Assembly: GCA_025603075.1 (NCBI GenBank)
Contig: MU626296.1
Location: forward strand, 75,029-139,028
DNA length: 64,000 nucleotides
Direction of reading: 5' to 3'
Source of the DNA: Neoconidiobolus thromboides FSU 785
Lineage: Eukaryota > Fungi > Entomophthoromycota
Shown: in pieces, positions 1-11,557 of the stretch
Numbering within the stretch: position 1 is the stretch's first letter
How the letters are laid out: each line of letters begins with the position of its first letter
Program-made: the position numbers and the translations under genes
The notes under the pieces: generated by a model
Database searches by the model: none
What the model saw: only the letters and a program-made list of their open reading frames with translations
Told to the model about the DNA's origin: nothing

Positions 1-200
1 CATTACCATTGTCTTTGAATTTTTTAAAAACTATTGTTATCTCTCATCCAGAGTTAGTTAATTTAGATAAAGTTAGAAATTTGCATTTTATTATGGATAA
101 ACCTTGGAATTTTGATTTTGAAGATGAGGAAGATTTATTTTTTGAATTAAATATGAAATGGAGAGAGGTGTTTAATAATGAGAAGAAGTTGATTCAATAA
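1..200 (+). CDS. 3' end of a glycosyltransferase family 8 (glycogenin/galactinol synthase-like) protein; 5' part lies outside the window
   Basis: Frame open from base 3: LPLSLNFLKTIVISHPELVNLDKVRNLHFIMDKPWN matches the GT8 C-terminal 'LPYxYNALK...xxHY/FIxxKPW' motif; TAA at 198-200. Confidence 0.7.
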   Translation, partial: LPLSLNFLKTIVISHPELVNLDKVRNLHFIMDKPWNFDFEDEEDLFFELNMKWREVFNNEKKLIQ

Positions 201-600
201 ATAATTCAATTTATATATGTTTATTTTTCTGTTAATATTTTCTATTTCTCAATTTCATTTTATTACAAGTCGTAATGTATTTCTATTATAATATTTCAGT
301 TCATTAATAATTTTCGATACTTTAATATACCTACAAATTAAATTAATATAATACTAACCTAGCTTATAGTCATATATCTTAAAATAATTGTATCCTACCT
401 AAAGAATCGAAGTCTTAACTAAAAGTTAATATTAGGTAAAAACATTTCCAATATTTAGAAAATCTATTTCATTTCAAAGTGGCTTATTTCTTGAAAATTC
501 CATTTTGATTCATTTAATTGGTTAAAATAGCAATTCACTATTTAAACAATGTAAACATAACTCATTCAATAAATTTTAATTTTAAAAAATAAAAATAAAG

Positions 601-1242
601 ATGGCATTTCGACAAATTGATATTGATACAATTGAAGGTAAAAGATGGGTGAATTCAGATTTTATATTAGCTGATAATAGTGTTATTGAACAAGAATATA
701 ATGAAAGAAGTAAAGAAGTTAAAACTTTATTATCAAAGTAGGTTCATGATTTTTTAAATGATAAATGAGTCATAAATAATTGATTTAACTGAGATAAATT
801 TTAATTAGGGGCAAAAATCAAGAAGCTTTAGAAAGAGCACTTTTAAATCCACCTTATTTTTCAGATAATGAAGAGTTAAAAGTAAGTTACAATAATAATA
901 ATTAACAAGAATTATCATTGTTTATAAACTTAAATCATTTTAGAATCAGAATTTACATTCCGTCATGGATGTCTTATCTTCTTTTAAAAGCAATCAATTA
1001 CCAGATGTTATTGGCTCTTTATCACCGGATCATTTAGATGTTTTAATGAAATATGTTTATCGTGCTATGGCATATCCAGCTCAATTTAATAGCTCTGTGG
1101 CTTTAACTTGGCATGAAAAAGTAAGTTTTTACTTTCTTTTTTAAACTTGAACTTGAGTCATTGATCAAAATTAATATAGTTAGTTGAAGCTAATGGTACA
1201 GCTGCTATTGTTCGTGTTTTGACTGATTATAGAACTGTTTAG
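601..1242 (+). CDS. ARC15: Arp2/3 complex subunit 5 (p16-Arc), 4 exons
   Basis: Manual splicing gives MAFRQIDIDTIE...ALERALLNPPY...LDVLMKYVYRAMAYPAQFNSSVALTWHEKLVEANGTAAIVRVLTDYRTV*; FRxIDID, LMKYxY, LxWHEK and GxxxIVRVLTD are ARPC5 hallmarks. Missed by the ORF track. Confidence 0.95.
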
Positions 1243-1411
1243 TTTATCAAATGGTTTAAATGGAAGGTTCATTAAGTAAATAAGTTTGATTTAATATTTT
1301 TTACTTTTAGATTGTAGTTTTAATTTATTTGTTCCGTGATTGAATTTTAATTTGATTATTTAGTTTTAATTTAATGCCAATAATATAAGACTAATATTAA
1401 TATAGAACAAC

Positions 1412-1520
1412 ATATAAGAATGTATTTTTATGTTTAAGAATTTTAGTGATAGTTTTTTTTACTCAAATAGCGCTTACAAGATGGAAAAAGTGATGAAGCC
1501 AAAAAAAAACATCTCGATAT
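1412..1520 (-). mobile_element. MITE family A copy (reverse orientation)
   Basis: Reverse complement of the family core: ...actcaaatagcgcttacaagatggaaaaagtgatgaagccaaaaaaaaacatctc; ends degenerate. Confidence 0.75.
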
Positions 1521-1921
1521 AACAACTAAAGCTCATATTTCGATGAAAAACTAGTTCATAAATTGTCAATCATACTCAATTTTACTGATAATTATAATTA
1601 TAATACTCCAAATTTACAAGTTAAATGTATCAACTATAAATAGGAACCTTGTTTAATCATTATAATTTAAGTATCTTATTTGAATGAACCTTTATTTATA
1701 AATAGTTAACTTTTAAACCTAAATCAGGATATAATATGTTTGGAAAAATATAAAATTATTGAGATTCGTATATAATAAAAAAACTTAAAACTATATAAAG
1801 GATAAATAAATAAAAAACAATAATACCTTTTTAAACTAAGGATTAATTCAAAAGAATAATTCAACTAGTTTGATATGATTTTTATATTTAGTAATAAAGA
1901 AAAGAATGTCTGTTTTAATAA

Positions 1922-3125
1922 TTAAATAGACTGCATATTTGTAATAGTAACTCCCAAATCTTGTTTTGCTTTACCATTGGCGATAGATTTCCTAGCAATT
2001 TCCACCCCATGTTTAAAGTCATTAGCGATACCAGCGGTTACTAAAACAGCAGAAGTATTTAATAAAATAAAATCCAAAATTGGGCCATGATACTCATTAT
2101 TTAATATCCTTGAAAATAACTTTGCATTTTCTTCACTTGTTCCACCTTTAACTAATGATAATTCATGTCTTGATAAACCAAAATCTTCCGGTGTTATTAT
2201 TCTTTCAGTGATTTTACCACTTTCAATTTCCCATACCTAAAAAAAATTAAAGTTAAAGCAAAATTAATTATAAATTATATAAATAAAACTTACAAAAGTT
2301 TCCCCGGCTATAGAAATTTCATCTAAACCTTCTTTACCATGAACTACCATACCTTTAACTGCTCCTAAAAGTAATAATGTTTCTGCCATAATTTTACCCA
2401 ATTCTTTAGAATAAACACCTACTACCATTCGACCAGGTCTAGCTGGATTCGATAATGGTCCTAAATAATTAAAGATAGTTGGAAATCCAAGTTCTTTTCT
2501 TGGTTTTGATACTGATACCCATGCTGGATGAAATAATGGAGCAAATAAAAAACAAAAGTTATTATTTTTAATTACGGAGGGTACATTATCTTTAGTTATC
2601 TTTTCAAAATTATACCCAACAGATTGTAAAAAATCGGAAGACCCTGATTTTGATGTAGAAGCTCGATTACCATGCTATCAAGTAAATAAAAATATTATTA
2701 TAATTTTTTATCTAATATTAATTTTAATAACTCACTTTAACTACCTTAGCCCCACAAGAAGCAGAGATAATAGCAGATGCTGTAGACACATTAAAAGTAT
2801 CATGACCGTCACCACCAGTACCAACGATATCAACCAAATTATTTCTAAACTCATCTTCTTCAAAATGAATCAAATTAGCATGTTCTCTTAATACTCTAAC
2901 ACAAGCTTCAACAATTTTTGGATTTTTATCTATCTTTGCTAATTTAATTATAGTTAAAAAAGAACCTATCTGTGCAGCTGTAGCTTTTCCACTCATGATT
3001 ATTGTCATGGCTAAAACAGTATCATCATAAGTGAATTCTTCTGGGATGGATATTAACTTCTTTAACAATGGTTTAAAGCTATCTGAAGTTAGTTCTGAAG
3101 TTAGTTCTGAAGTCATTGAAGTCAT
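1922..3125 (-). CDS. TRP4: Anthranilate phosphoribosyltransferase, multi-exon
   Basis: DIVGTGGDGHDTFNVST, KHGNRASTSKSGSSD, FAPLFHPAW, VHGKEGLDEIS, LLNTSAVL motifs after splicing; stop at 1922-1924. Confidence 0.95.
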
Positions 3126-3200
3126 TATAAGGCTTATAAATTAATAAATAAAGGTTTGATTGAGGTTGATTTTTGAGTTCTTTTGTATTGATTTTTTTTA

Positions 3201-3213
3201 TGATGACTCATCA
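3201..3213. promoter_or_regulatory. Gcn4/CpcA (AP-1-type) binding site upstream of TRP4
   Basis: Perfect ATGACTCAT at 3203-3211 inside TGATGA-C-TCATCA, about 80 bp upstream of the TRP4 ATG. Confidence 0.65.
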
Positions 3214-4490
3214 TATGTACAAATTAAGAAGTAATATTATCAAAGTTTACTAAATTTTCGATGTAATAAAGTTATTATTTTGGATATTTGAAGTATTTTT
3301 TAAATTTAATAATATATACTCCTTTAAAAAATAAAATGTTTTAAATTAATATTTAAATGTTTTATTAGTTAACTCTAATTATTGATATTTAACATATTTA
3401 ATAAATATTATAGTGGTAATATTTTTATCAAATTGATCACGTTGTAAATTAGACGAAAAATTAATCAGTCTTATTTCAAAATATGACAATAAAATTCATG
3501 TATAGTTTTATTTTTTAAAATACATTTTTACTTATAAGTAAATATAACAAGTAGATTACGTTATAAATAATATAATTTATTTAAATAAATCGGAAATTAT
3601 CTTTTCCTTTATATTATCATGTAAATGGCTTTGGATATAAAACAATAAATATATTGAAAATAATTTTATCTAACTTGAAAAACAAAGCTATCTTAATATG
3701 TATACAATAGAACCCACTTCAAATTTCTTAACAACTCATTTTTGATAGTTTCTTCTTTTTTGTCTTTACATTATCTTTATATAAATATATACAATGTTTG
3801 TTCCATCTACTTTAGCTTTAGTATCTTTTTTTATCTTTTTTGTTTCAATATAACTATTGATTTTTTTTATTTTTCACTATATAAAAATGAATCAAATATT
3901 AAAATAATAAAAAATCGTCTTCAGTTTCATAGCTATCAGTTTTGATTTTAGTTATTTTAATTTTAAAATTAATTACACCATATATTATTTTCAATATATT
4001 CTAATTCTTCTGGAAAATCACCTTGGTAAAATAACACTTTTATAATATTTTCATTTTTGTATAAAATTTCACAAATCTCTAGATATTTGTTATTTACCTT
4101 GCTTTTTAAGTAATTCCAGTTTATACTATCTTTTGCTAACCCAGAGTAAATAGAAAATCTTTACTATATATAAATATTTTATTATTTTGACCTATCGCTG
4201 AATTATTTTAATATTTTCTTCACTATAATGACAATATTTAATATATCAATAGTGATATAGTCTTTTAAAATACTACTATTTTTTCTTAATATTATTTTAA
4301 ACTTTATATTAATATCAAATAGCCTATTTCATTAAATTATAACTGCTGCAAGTGTTGTAGATATTATAAAAGTATTAGTTTTTGACTATAAAAAATAATC
4401 CAATAATAATGGGATAAATTAGAATTTTAAATTTGAACATAAACAAAAATTTAAAAATCAACTAAAGAGTCTTATATTAATTTCATCTAA

Positions 4491-5341
4491 ATGTCGGCAG
4501 TACCAAATTTAACATTATACGTCAATAATCTTAATGATAAGATCCACAAAGAAGGTAAAATTCGTACTTATTTTTTGTAAATAAGATTTTATCATTTACT
4601 TGTAGATTTAAAAAAGAATCTTTATAATTTATTTACAACTTATGGTACAATTGTGGATATAATAGCTTTAAAAACGAAAAAATGTCGAGGACAAGCATTT
4701 ATTGTTTTTGACAATATGCCATCTGCTACCGCTGCTTTAAAAGCTTTACAAAACTTTAACTTTCTTGGTAAAGAAATGGTAAATAATTTTTGATTTATCA
4801 ACTATAACTAATAATTTAGAAAATTCAATTTGGAAAAACAAAATCAAACGTTATCAAACAAATGGAAGGAACTTTTAAATCAGCTTATATTCCATTAAAT
4901 ACAGCTACTCCTATAACTTCACAAACTGGTAATTTTCAATTTGTGTTACTTTTGACCTAAAATTTATATGATTATTAGAAAAAAGAGAAAGAGAAGAGGA
5001 GGAAGATGAAACCGAAGAATCAGGTAATAGATTATAAAAGATAATAGAATAAGGCTAATTTATTATTAGCCAATAAAAAAGCAAGTAACGAAGAAACAGA
5101 GGAAGAAGCCAACCGTATTTTATATATTGAAAACTTACCAGCTGAAGCAACAGATGAAATGGTATCTTTCCTTTTTCAACAATATGCTGGATTTAAAGAA
5201 ATTCGAATGGTACCTGGTAGACCTGGTTTAGCATTTGCTGAGTTTGAAACTTCAGCTCAAGCAACTGCAGCCAAAACTATTATGAACGGTTTTCATTTTT
5301 CAACTGAAAATATTATCAAGGTTACCTATGCTAAAAAATAA
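4491..5341 (+). CDS. U2 snRNP B''/U1A family two-RRM splicing protein
   Basis: MSAVPNLTLYVNNLNDKIHKE-LKKNLYNLFTTYGTIVDIIALKTKKCRGQAFIVF (RRM1, ALKT loop is U2B''-like) and ILYIENLP...RMVPGRPGLAFAEF...TYAKK* (RRM2). Confidence 0.92.
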
Positions 5342-5826
5342 ATTTAAGTTATGTTGTGAGTGGAAGTTTTATAGTAATGTTTATTTTTTGCTTTAAATCA
5401 TCAAAATTAAATATTATACCAGGATATTATGAATGTTTATCAGATCTTGAGTTACTGTTTGCTTTTTTAAAATAAATGCTGTCAGATTATACTTATTCAA
5501 TTTTGTATTCTATATAAATTTTAATAAGAGTTTTATTCAAATCTAAGATAAATAATTAGAGTAGAATTATGGCAAATAATCCAGATCTTTTTTTAATTTT
5601 CAGTATACATTAAATTAACTTAATAAGAAATATATAAAGTAAACTCTTAATTACTTTTACTATGATAATTCAAAAGCCGACACCTATTAAACTATGGCGT
5701 TTTACAATTATATTATAACTTAATATCTCCTCAAAATTCACTTTATCTTATTATATGTCCCTATACATTTTGTTCTTATTAGGTAAATTGAAGTAAATTA
5801 TAATAGTGTTATTACTATGACTCTTG

Positions 5827-5847
5827 ATTGGTTAAGGAATAGCCAAT
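5827..5847. promoter_or_regulatory. Pair of oppositely oriented CCAAT boxes upstream of RBX1
   Basis: ATTGG at 5827-5831 and CCAAT at 5843-5847, about 100 bp before the ATG at 5938. Confidence 0.4.
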
Positions 5848-5937
5848 AAATCATCATCAATCCTACTTAGTGATACATAAACCGTGCTTTAGTCAAAAAT
5901 TAGTTTTTATTTTTAAATAAAAGGAGTATCACTATAA

Positions 5938-6482
5938 ATGGAAGGGCAAGAAGTCGAAGAGAAGAAAAGGTTTGTTGTAAAGAAGGTAAAAAAAGCTTTG
6001 AGATTAAATTAAATCAACTAAAACTATCAAATTTAGTGGAATGCTGTCGCTTTATGGGCTTGGGGTAAATAAATTCAGCTTAAATTTGAATAAATTTGTA
6101 ACTTAAATTAAATAGATATTGTAGTGGATAACTGCGCTATTTGCCGTAGTCATATTATGGAGCTATGTAAGTATCTAATATTTAATAATAAAATATTAAG
6201 ATACTAATTTTTGGTAGGCATAGAATGTCAGACAAATCAACCTAATGCTTCAAATGAAGAATGCAAAGTTGCTTGGGGAGTTTGCAATGTAATTAAGCTT
6301 TGATTTAATTACATAAATACTAATTAGTTTTAGCATGCTTATCATTATCACTGTATTTCAAGATGGTTAAAGGATCGTCATGTTTGTCCACTTGATAATC
6401 GTAGTTGGGAGTTCCAAAAGTAAGTTTTATCAGATTAAGTTTTGAGTTGATTTTAAAATTCCAAATTAGATACGGCGAATAA
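5938..6482 (+). CDS. RBX1: RING-box protein 1 (cullin-RING ligase subunit), 6 small exons
   Basis: Spliced: [38 protein letters not shown]...[39 protein letters not shown]. Missed by the ORF track. Confidence 0.97.
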
Positions 6483-7294
6483 ATTATTCGAAATGAAGCG
6501 AAATCAAATACTTGGTATAGCTTTCAAATATTTTTAATTATTACATTTCACGTAGATTAATCTGCAATCAATTATTTTTAAAAAGTATTAAATTTGTAAA
6601 ATAAATTTTATATTGAAGGGATAGTTTAATATTATATTTTATCTAATTATTTTTGTCAGTATTTCCGATATTGTTGCTGTATGTTTATAGAATCTGTCAA
6701 ACATTTAAATGTATTCCATATACTTTATATTTACTTTACTATTATTATTTTTTTACTTTTAGTTTATAAATAAAATCATGATATCTAAAAGTGAAATATA
6801 TATAGAAATATATAAAAATTCAATCAAAATAATAACGAATATATTTTATTTTAAAATAGTGCTATTATATTCTGATTTACATGTTAGAATTGTCAAACGG
6901 CTTGTTAAAATATAACTAATTTATTATAATTAAAGAATAGATTGTATATCATAACTTTCTAACGCATGTTAAGCTATCTGAGTAATAGGCGTTATAGTTT
7001 CATTTATTGTAGCTAGAACCAAAATCAAGGCTGTATTTCTTAGAATACCTATTGGAATATCTTTTTTGGTTTGATCATTTTGTCCATTTTTTTAGGCTAC
7101 TAGATCAAAAAGCATTCATGAATAAAAGATTAAATAGATTTTTAGTATAAAATGCTTGATATTTATTTATTATGGTTTAATAGAAAAAAAGAATATAAAG
7201 TACAAAATTTATTTGAATTTTAGTTTCTAACTCAAAATTACTCAATATGTTTGAGTGATACTATCCTGAAAGAGATGTATTACCATTATATAAT

Positions 7295-7401
7295 ATATGA
7301 GAGTGTTTTTTTTAGCTTCATGACTCTTTCCATCTTTTAAGTAGTATTTAAGTGGAGAAATTGTTAGTAAAATTCTTAAACACAAAAACACATTCCTATA
7401 T
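7295..7401 (+). mobile_element. MITE family A copy
   Basis: atatGAGAGTGTtttt...agtggagaaattgttagtaaaattcttaaacacaaaaacACATTCCTatat. Confidence 0.8.
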
Positions 7402-8173
7402 GTTACATTTGACTACTTGCACGTTTATACCTGATACTGGTAGAAGTTGGACACTTCAAGTTTATTTATCTGTAGGCAATGTAGTTGTGTGTTTTTATCT
7501 TAAATATTTAAACTAGATGTAGTTAACCATTATTATTTATAATGGTTAGCCTATTTCTTTGTATCAAAAATTCATAGCTCATTCTAAAATTAATAATCAT
7601 AAACATTAATAATAATAATAAATATTAGTTTTTATACTGTTTTTAACTACATGGTCCTGCATCTTATATTTAGCTAAAATCTCTTTTTCCTAAAATGTTA
7701 GCTCAAAGCAGCATCAAACATTGCTGTCAATACATAAATAACAGCTTAGCCTAGTTTTGTATCGCAAAGATATTTAGAACCAATATTTAGTAGGCTCAGC
7801 TATTACTTATTTCTACTGATAAGCATTTATTTTTAGTTTTTAATAGATGTCTTACTTGATCAATTTTAGTTGGCTAATTTAATATATTTGCTTCTTGTAA
7901 TATTAAATTATCGAAGCAACACTTCTTACCACAGGCTTAGTAAAGATATCAATTTTATGTTATAATTTATAAAATACAAGTAGAAAGTATAAAATATTTA
8001 CAAAAAACCGTAGCTTCTATTAGCAATTTTGGTGGAACCTGACCAGAGTTGGATTCATAATCTTCATCATTCTTAATAATATATATATATTCAGTAACAA
8101 ATGTTAATACAGCATGGATACAGTTTATTCACCCATTATTAACAATTCATGGAATCAACTTTATCACTAGTAT

Positions 8174-8281
8174 ATATGAGGATGTTTTTTTTTGACTTCA
8201 TCACTTTTTCTATCTTTTAAGCGCTATTTGAATGGAAAAATTGTTAGTAAAATTCTTAAATACAAAAATACATTCCTATAT
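8174..8281 (+). mobile_element. MITE family A copy
   Basis: atatGAGGATGTtttt...cttcatcactttttctatcttttaagcgctatttg...ACATTCCTatat. Confidence 0.8.
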
Positions 8282-8326
8282 TATAGTACTAGTATAAAAA
8301 ATACCAGCTTGTATTCATTATTATAC

Positions 8327-8431
8327 ATTTAGAGATGCTTTTATTTGTTCAAAAACTTTACTAATATCCTTTTCGCTCAATAAAGCTTTAAAAATGGCAA
8401 AATAGATGAAACCGAAAAAGACACTCCTATT
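8327..8431 (-). mobile_element. MITE family A copy (reverse, degenerate)
   Basis: ...tttactaatatccttttcgctcaataaagctttaaaaatggcaaaatagatgaaaccgaaaaagACACTCCTat. Confidence 0.6.
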
Positions 8432-9313
8432 TATTTCTTAAATCATTTAAATATGACACTATAAATATATTCAATAGTAAAAATTTCATTTTTAAAATTT
8501 TTACATCAAATAAACTCACATCGATATCATTATTTATATTGAAGTTACTACCATAAAACATGACATTCGGGGCTACACAGTGGAAATAGAACCCTTTTTA
8601 GCATGGCTTTTTCTCCAATACACAAATCATGAAAACTTCATAATTATTTTATACAACATTTCAACAGAGTTTTGTAGTAATACGACTTACTATAGAATTG
8701 TTAATATTGAATTAGAATATAACCTGGATTTGATGTTTTATTATATCCTATGACAAACTAAATAAAATAGTTTATTTATGTATTTCATATAATAAAATTA
8801 TAAATTTTAGTACTTTTTTATTTTAAGCATTTTTTATAAATTTAAACTCATTTCAAGCATGATTAAAATTAATTTTCACCCTATCATTAGTTTATATATT
8901 TGCTTTTATAGTTCCTCCAACTTATGTTTCTTATAAAAAGCATTACTAATATATCAGTGATATTAAAATAAACTAGATAAAAAGAGGGCTATCTGGGCTA
9001 TATTAGGATTAAACTATGATTTTTTACTTGTGAGTATGATTTTTAGTCTTCAACGAATGACGTCAAATTAATTTAAAATAGATGAATTTTGTTTTTAAAT
9101 AGGTAAATCTAATTATTACATCACTATTCTTACATAATATTGTGTTCAAATATTTTTTATAGACAGCCAACCATGTCCATTGACTACATGCAAAGGAAAA
9201 ACTAAATTTCGGAATAACCAAATATAGGCATATGTAGGTGATAATTACCGCTAAAATAGCATAAATTCGAAACTTATCATTAAATAGCAAAATCAACTTT
9301 TGAAATTATAACA

Positions 9314-11513
9314 ATGAGTGAAATTAAAAGTAATACTATCCCTCAACAGCGTTTACAGTCCTTAAAGAATCATTTGGTACCCCAATCCAATGAGACTCGC
9401 GCTAAACAACCAAAGTAACATAATTAATATTAGAACTGCTATTTGTTTATTTTATTTTAGTAGTTTTGACATAAAAGAAAATACCTCAGGACAGACTTTT
9501 ACTGTTCAAGCACCAGACAGTAAAGATAAACCCAACAGCTTTCATCTTTTAAAAGGAAGGTAAGTGCTTGTTTAGTTGTTACTCTCATCATTAAATTAAA
9601 TTATTTTATTTAGTGATAATCCAAATACATTAACAGTGTTAGACAACCGTACTAACAAAATCTATAACATTCCAATTGATAATGACACTATCAATGCTTC
9701 TGACTTTAAAAAGATAAAGGACAAAGAAAATGAGTCTGGTATCATGTAAGTAGAATAACATGAAAAAACTGTACTTAACTAAAACAAAGTATTTAGGATT
9801 TATGATCCAGCATTTATGAACACTTCTGTTGCACGTTCTACTATTACCTTCATTGATGGTGATAAAGGAATTTTACATTATCGTGGTTATCCAATTGAAG
9901 AATTAGCTGAAAAGAGTAACTTTTTAGAAGTTTCTTACCTTTTAATTTATGGAGATTTACCAACCAAGGTAACACATAATGAGTAATATAGCATAACACA
10001 GAGTATAATTATTTGTTTAGACCCAATATGATCACTTCCAAAAAGAAGTTATGACTCACACCTTCTTACATCGTAACTTTATTGATTTAATGAAAGCATT
10101 TAACTACGATGCCCATCCCATGGGTATGTTTATTAGGTAATTCAATAATATTAACATTGAATTTATAATTTAATTTGGAATATAAAGTGGTGTTTCAGCT
10201 ATGTCCACTTTTTCGCCTGATGCTAACCCTGCTTTAAGAGTAATTTCAGCTATAATAATTCCAAAAAATAATGATACCAATATTGTTAGGGTACTAATCT
10301 TTATGATAATAAAGATGCTATGGATAAACAAATTATTCGTATCCTCGGAAAAATGCCAACTTTAGCTGCTTTATCCTATCGTAATCGTATTGGACGGTAA
10401 ATTGAATATAGATTTATAATTCAACTCAATAATAATATTATGTTTTTAGCCCACACAATCTACCACAAAATCATTTGAGCTATACTGAAAATTTACTATT
10501 TATGATGGATAGGTTGTCAGAACATTCTTATCGTCCAAATCCAAAATTAGCTAAAGCTTTAGATGTTTTATTTATTCTTCATGTAATATAGATAACAAAA
10601 ATATTTGGAAAATAATAAACTTTGACTTATTAGGCTGATCATGAATTGAATTGCTCAACTGCTGCTATGCGTCATATTGGATCTAGCCGTGTTGATCCTT
10701 ACAGGTAAATATATGATACTTTAACAATAAGTTATATTAATGAATTATTTAGTGCAATTGCAGGTGCTGCTGCAGCACTTTATGGACCACTTCATGGTGG
10801 GGCCAATGAAGTACGATTTATTTTTATTGTAAATGTATCATATTAAATTGTAAATTGTAGGCTGTATTACGTATGTTAGAAGACATAGGAAGTGTTGATC
10901 AAATCCCAACTTTTATTCAACAAGTTAAAGATAAAAAGAAAAAGTTAATGGGATTCGGCCATCGTATCTATAAAAATTATGACCCTAGAGCAGCTATTAT
11001 TCGTAAAACTGCCTATGAAGTAAAAATTATACTTTTTAATATCTCTACTATTATATTTAATTTGTGAATAGGTATTTGAGATCTGCGGACGTGAGTCATT
11101 GATTGATGTAGCAGTGGCTTTAGAAGAAGCTGCACGTAAAGACCCTTATTTTGTTGAACGTAAATTGTATCCAAATGTTGATTTCTATTCAGGACTTATT
11201 TATAAGGCCATGGGATTCCCAACCGATTTTTTCCCAGTTTTATTTGCAATTCCAAGAGTGGCAGGTTGGTTAGCTCATTGGAAAGAATCTCTTGCAGATA
11301 AAAAGGCAAAGATTTGGAGACCAAGACAAGTTTATGTTGGCGAAACTAAAAGATCCTATCTTCCAATGGATTCAAGAAATGAAGTTAACGTAAAAGCAGA
11401 GGATGTGTCTCCATTATCAAAGGTACCTTAATGTATATTTTATTTTTACAGTAGTAACTTTTTTATAGCATCAAACTTCAAAGAGATCTTCTGTCGCCTC
11501 TTTTAAATATTAA
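9314..11513 (+). CDS. Citrate synthase, bacterial/plant-glyoxysomal type with N-terminal PTS2, about 13 exons
   Basis: [83 protein letters not shown]; N-terminus carries RLQSLKNHL; last exon [14 protein letters not shown]. Confidence 0.95.
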
Positions 11514-11557
11514 AATAAATATTTTATTATAAACTTTATTAAAAAAAATAATGTATT

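Noticed and set aside
3742-3945. 67-aa hydrophobic ORF
   Set aside because: Low-complexity F/Y/I/N translation of T-rich intergenic DNA, non-ATG start, no motif.
6950-8160. Possible decayed coding pieces between RBX1 and citrate synthase, including DIFTKP near 7930-7950
   Set aside because: DIFTKP recalls the copia RNase H motif ADIFTKPL but lacks the preceding A and flanking context; fragments are too short to call.
8514-8752. 79-codon open plus-strand frame without ATG
   Set aside because: No start, no splice context and no recognisable family; could be chance.
9063-9296. 77-aa minus-strand ORF directly upstream of citrate synthase
   Set aside because: TTG start, overlaps the presumed promoter, no recognisable motif.
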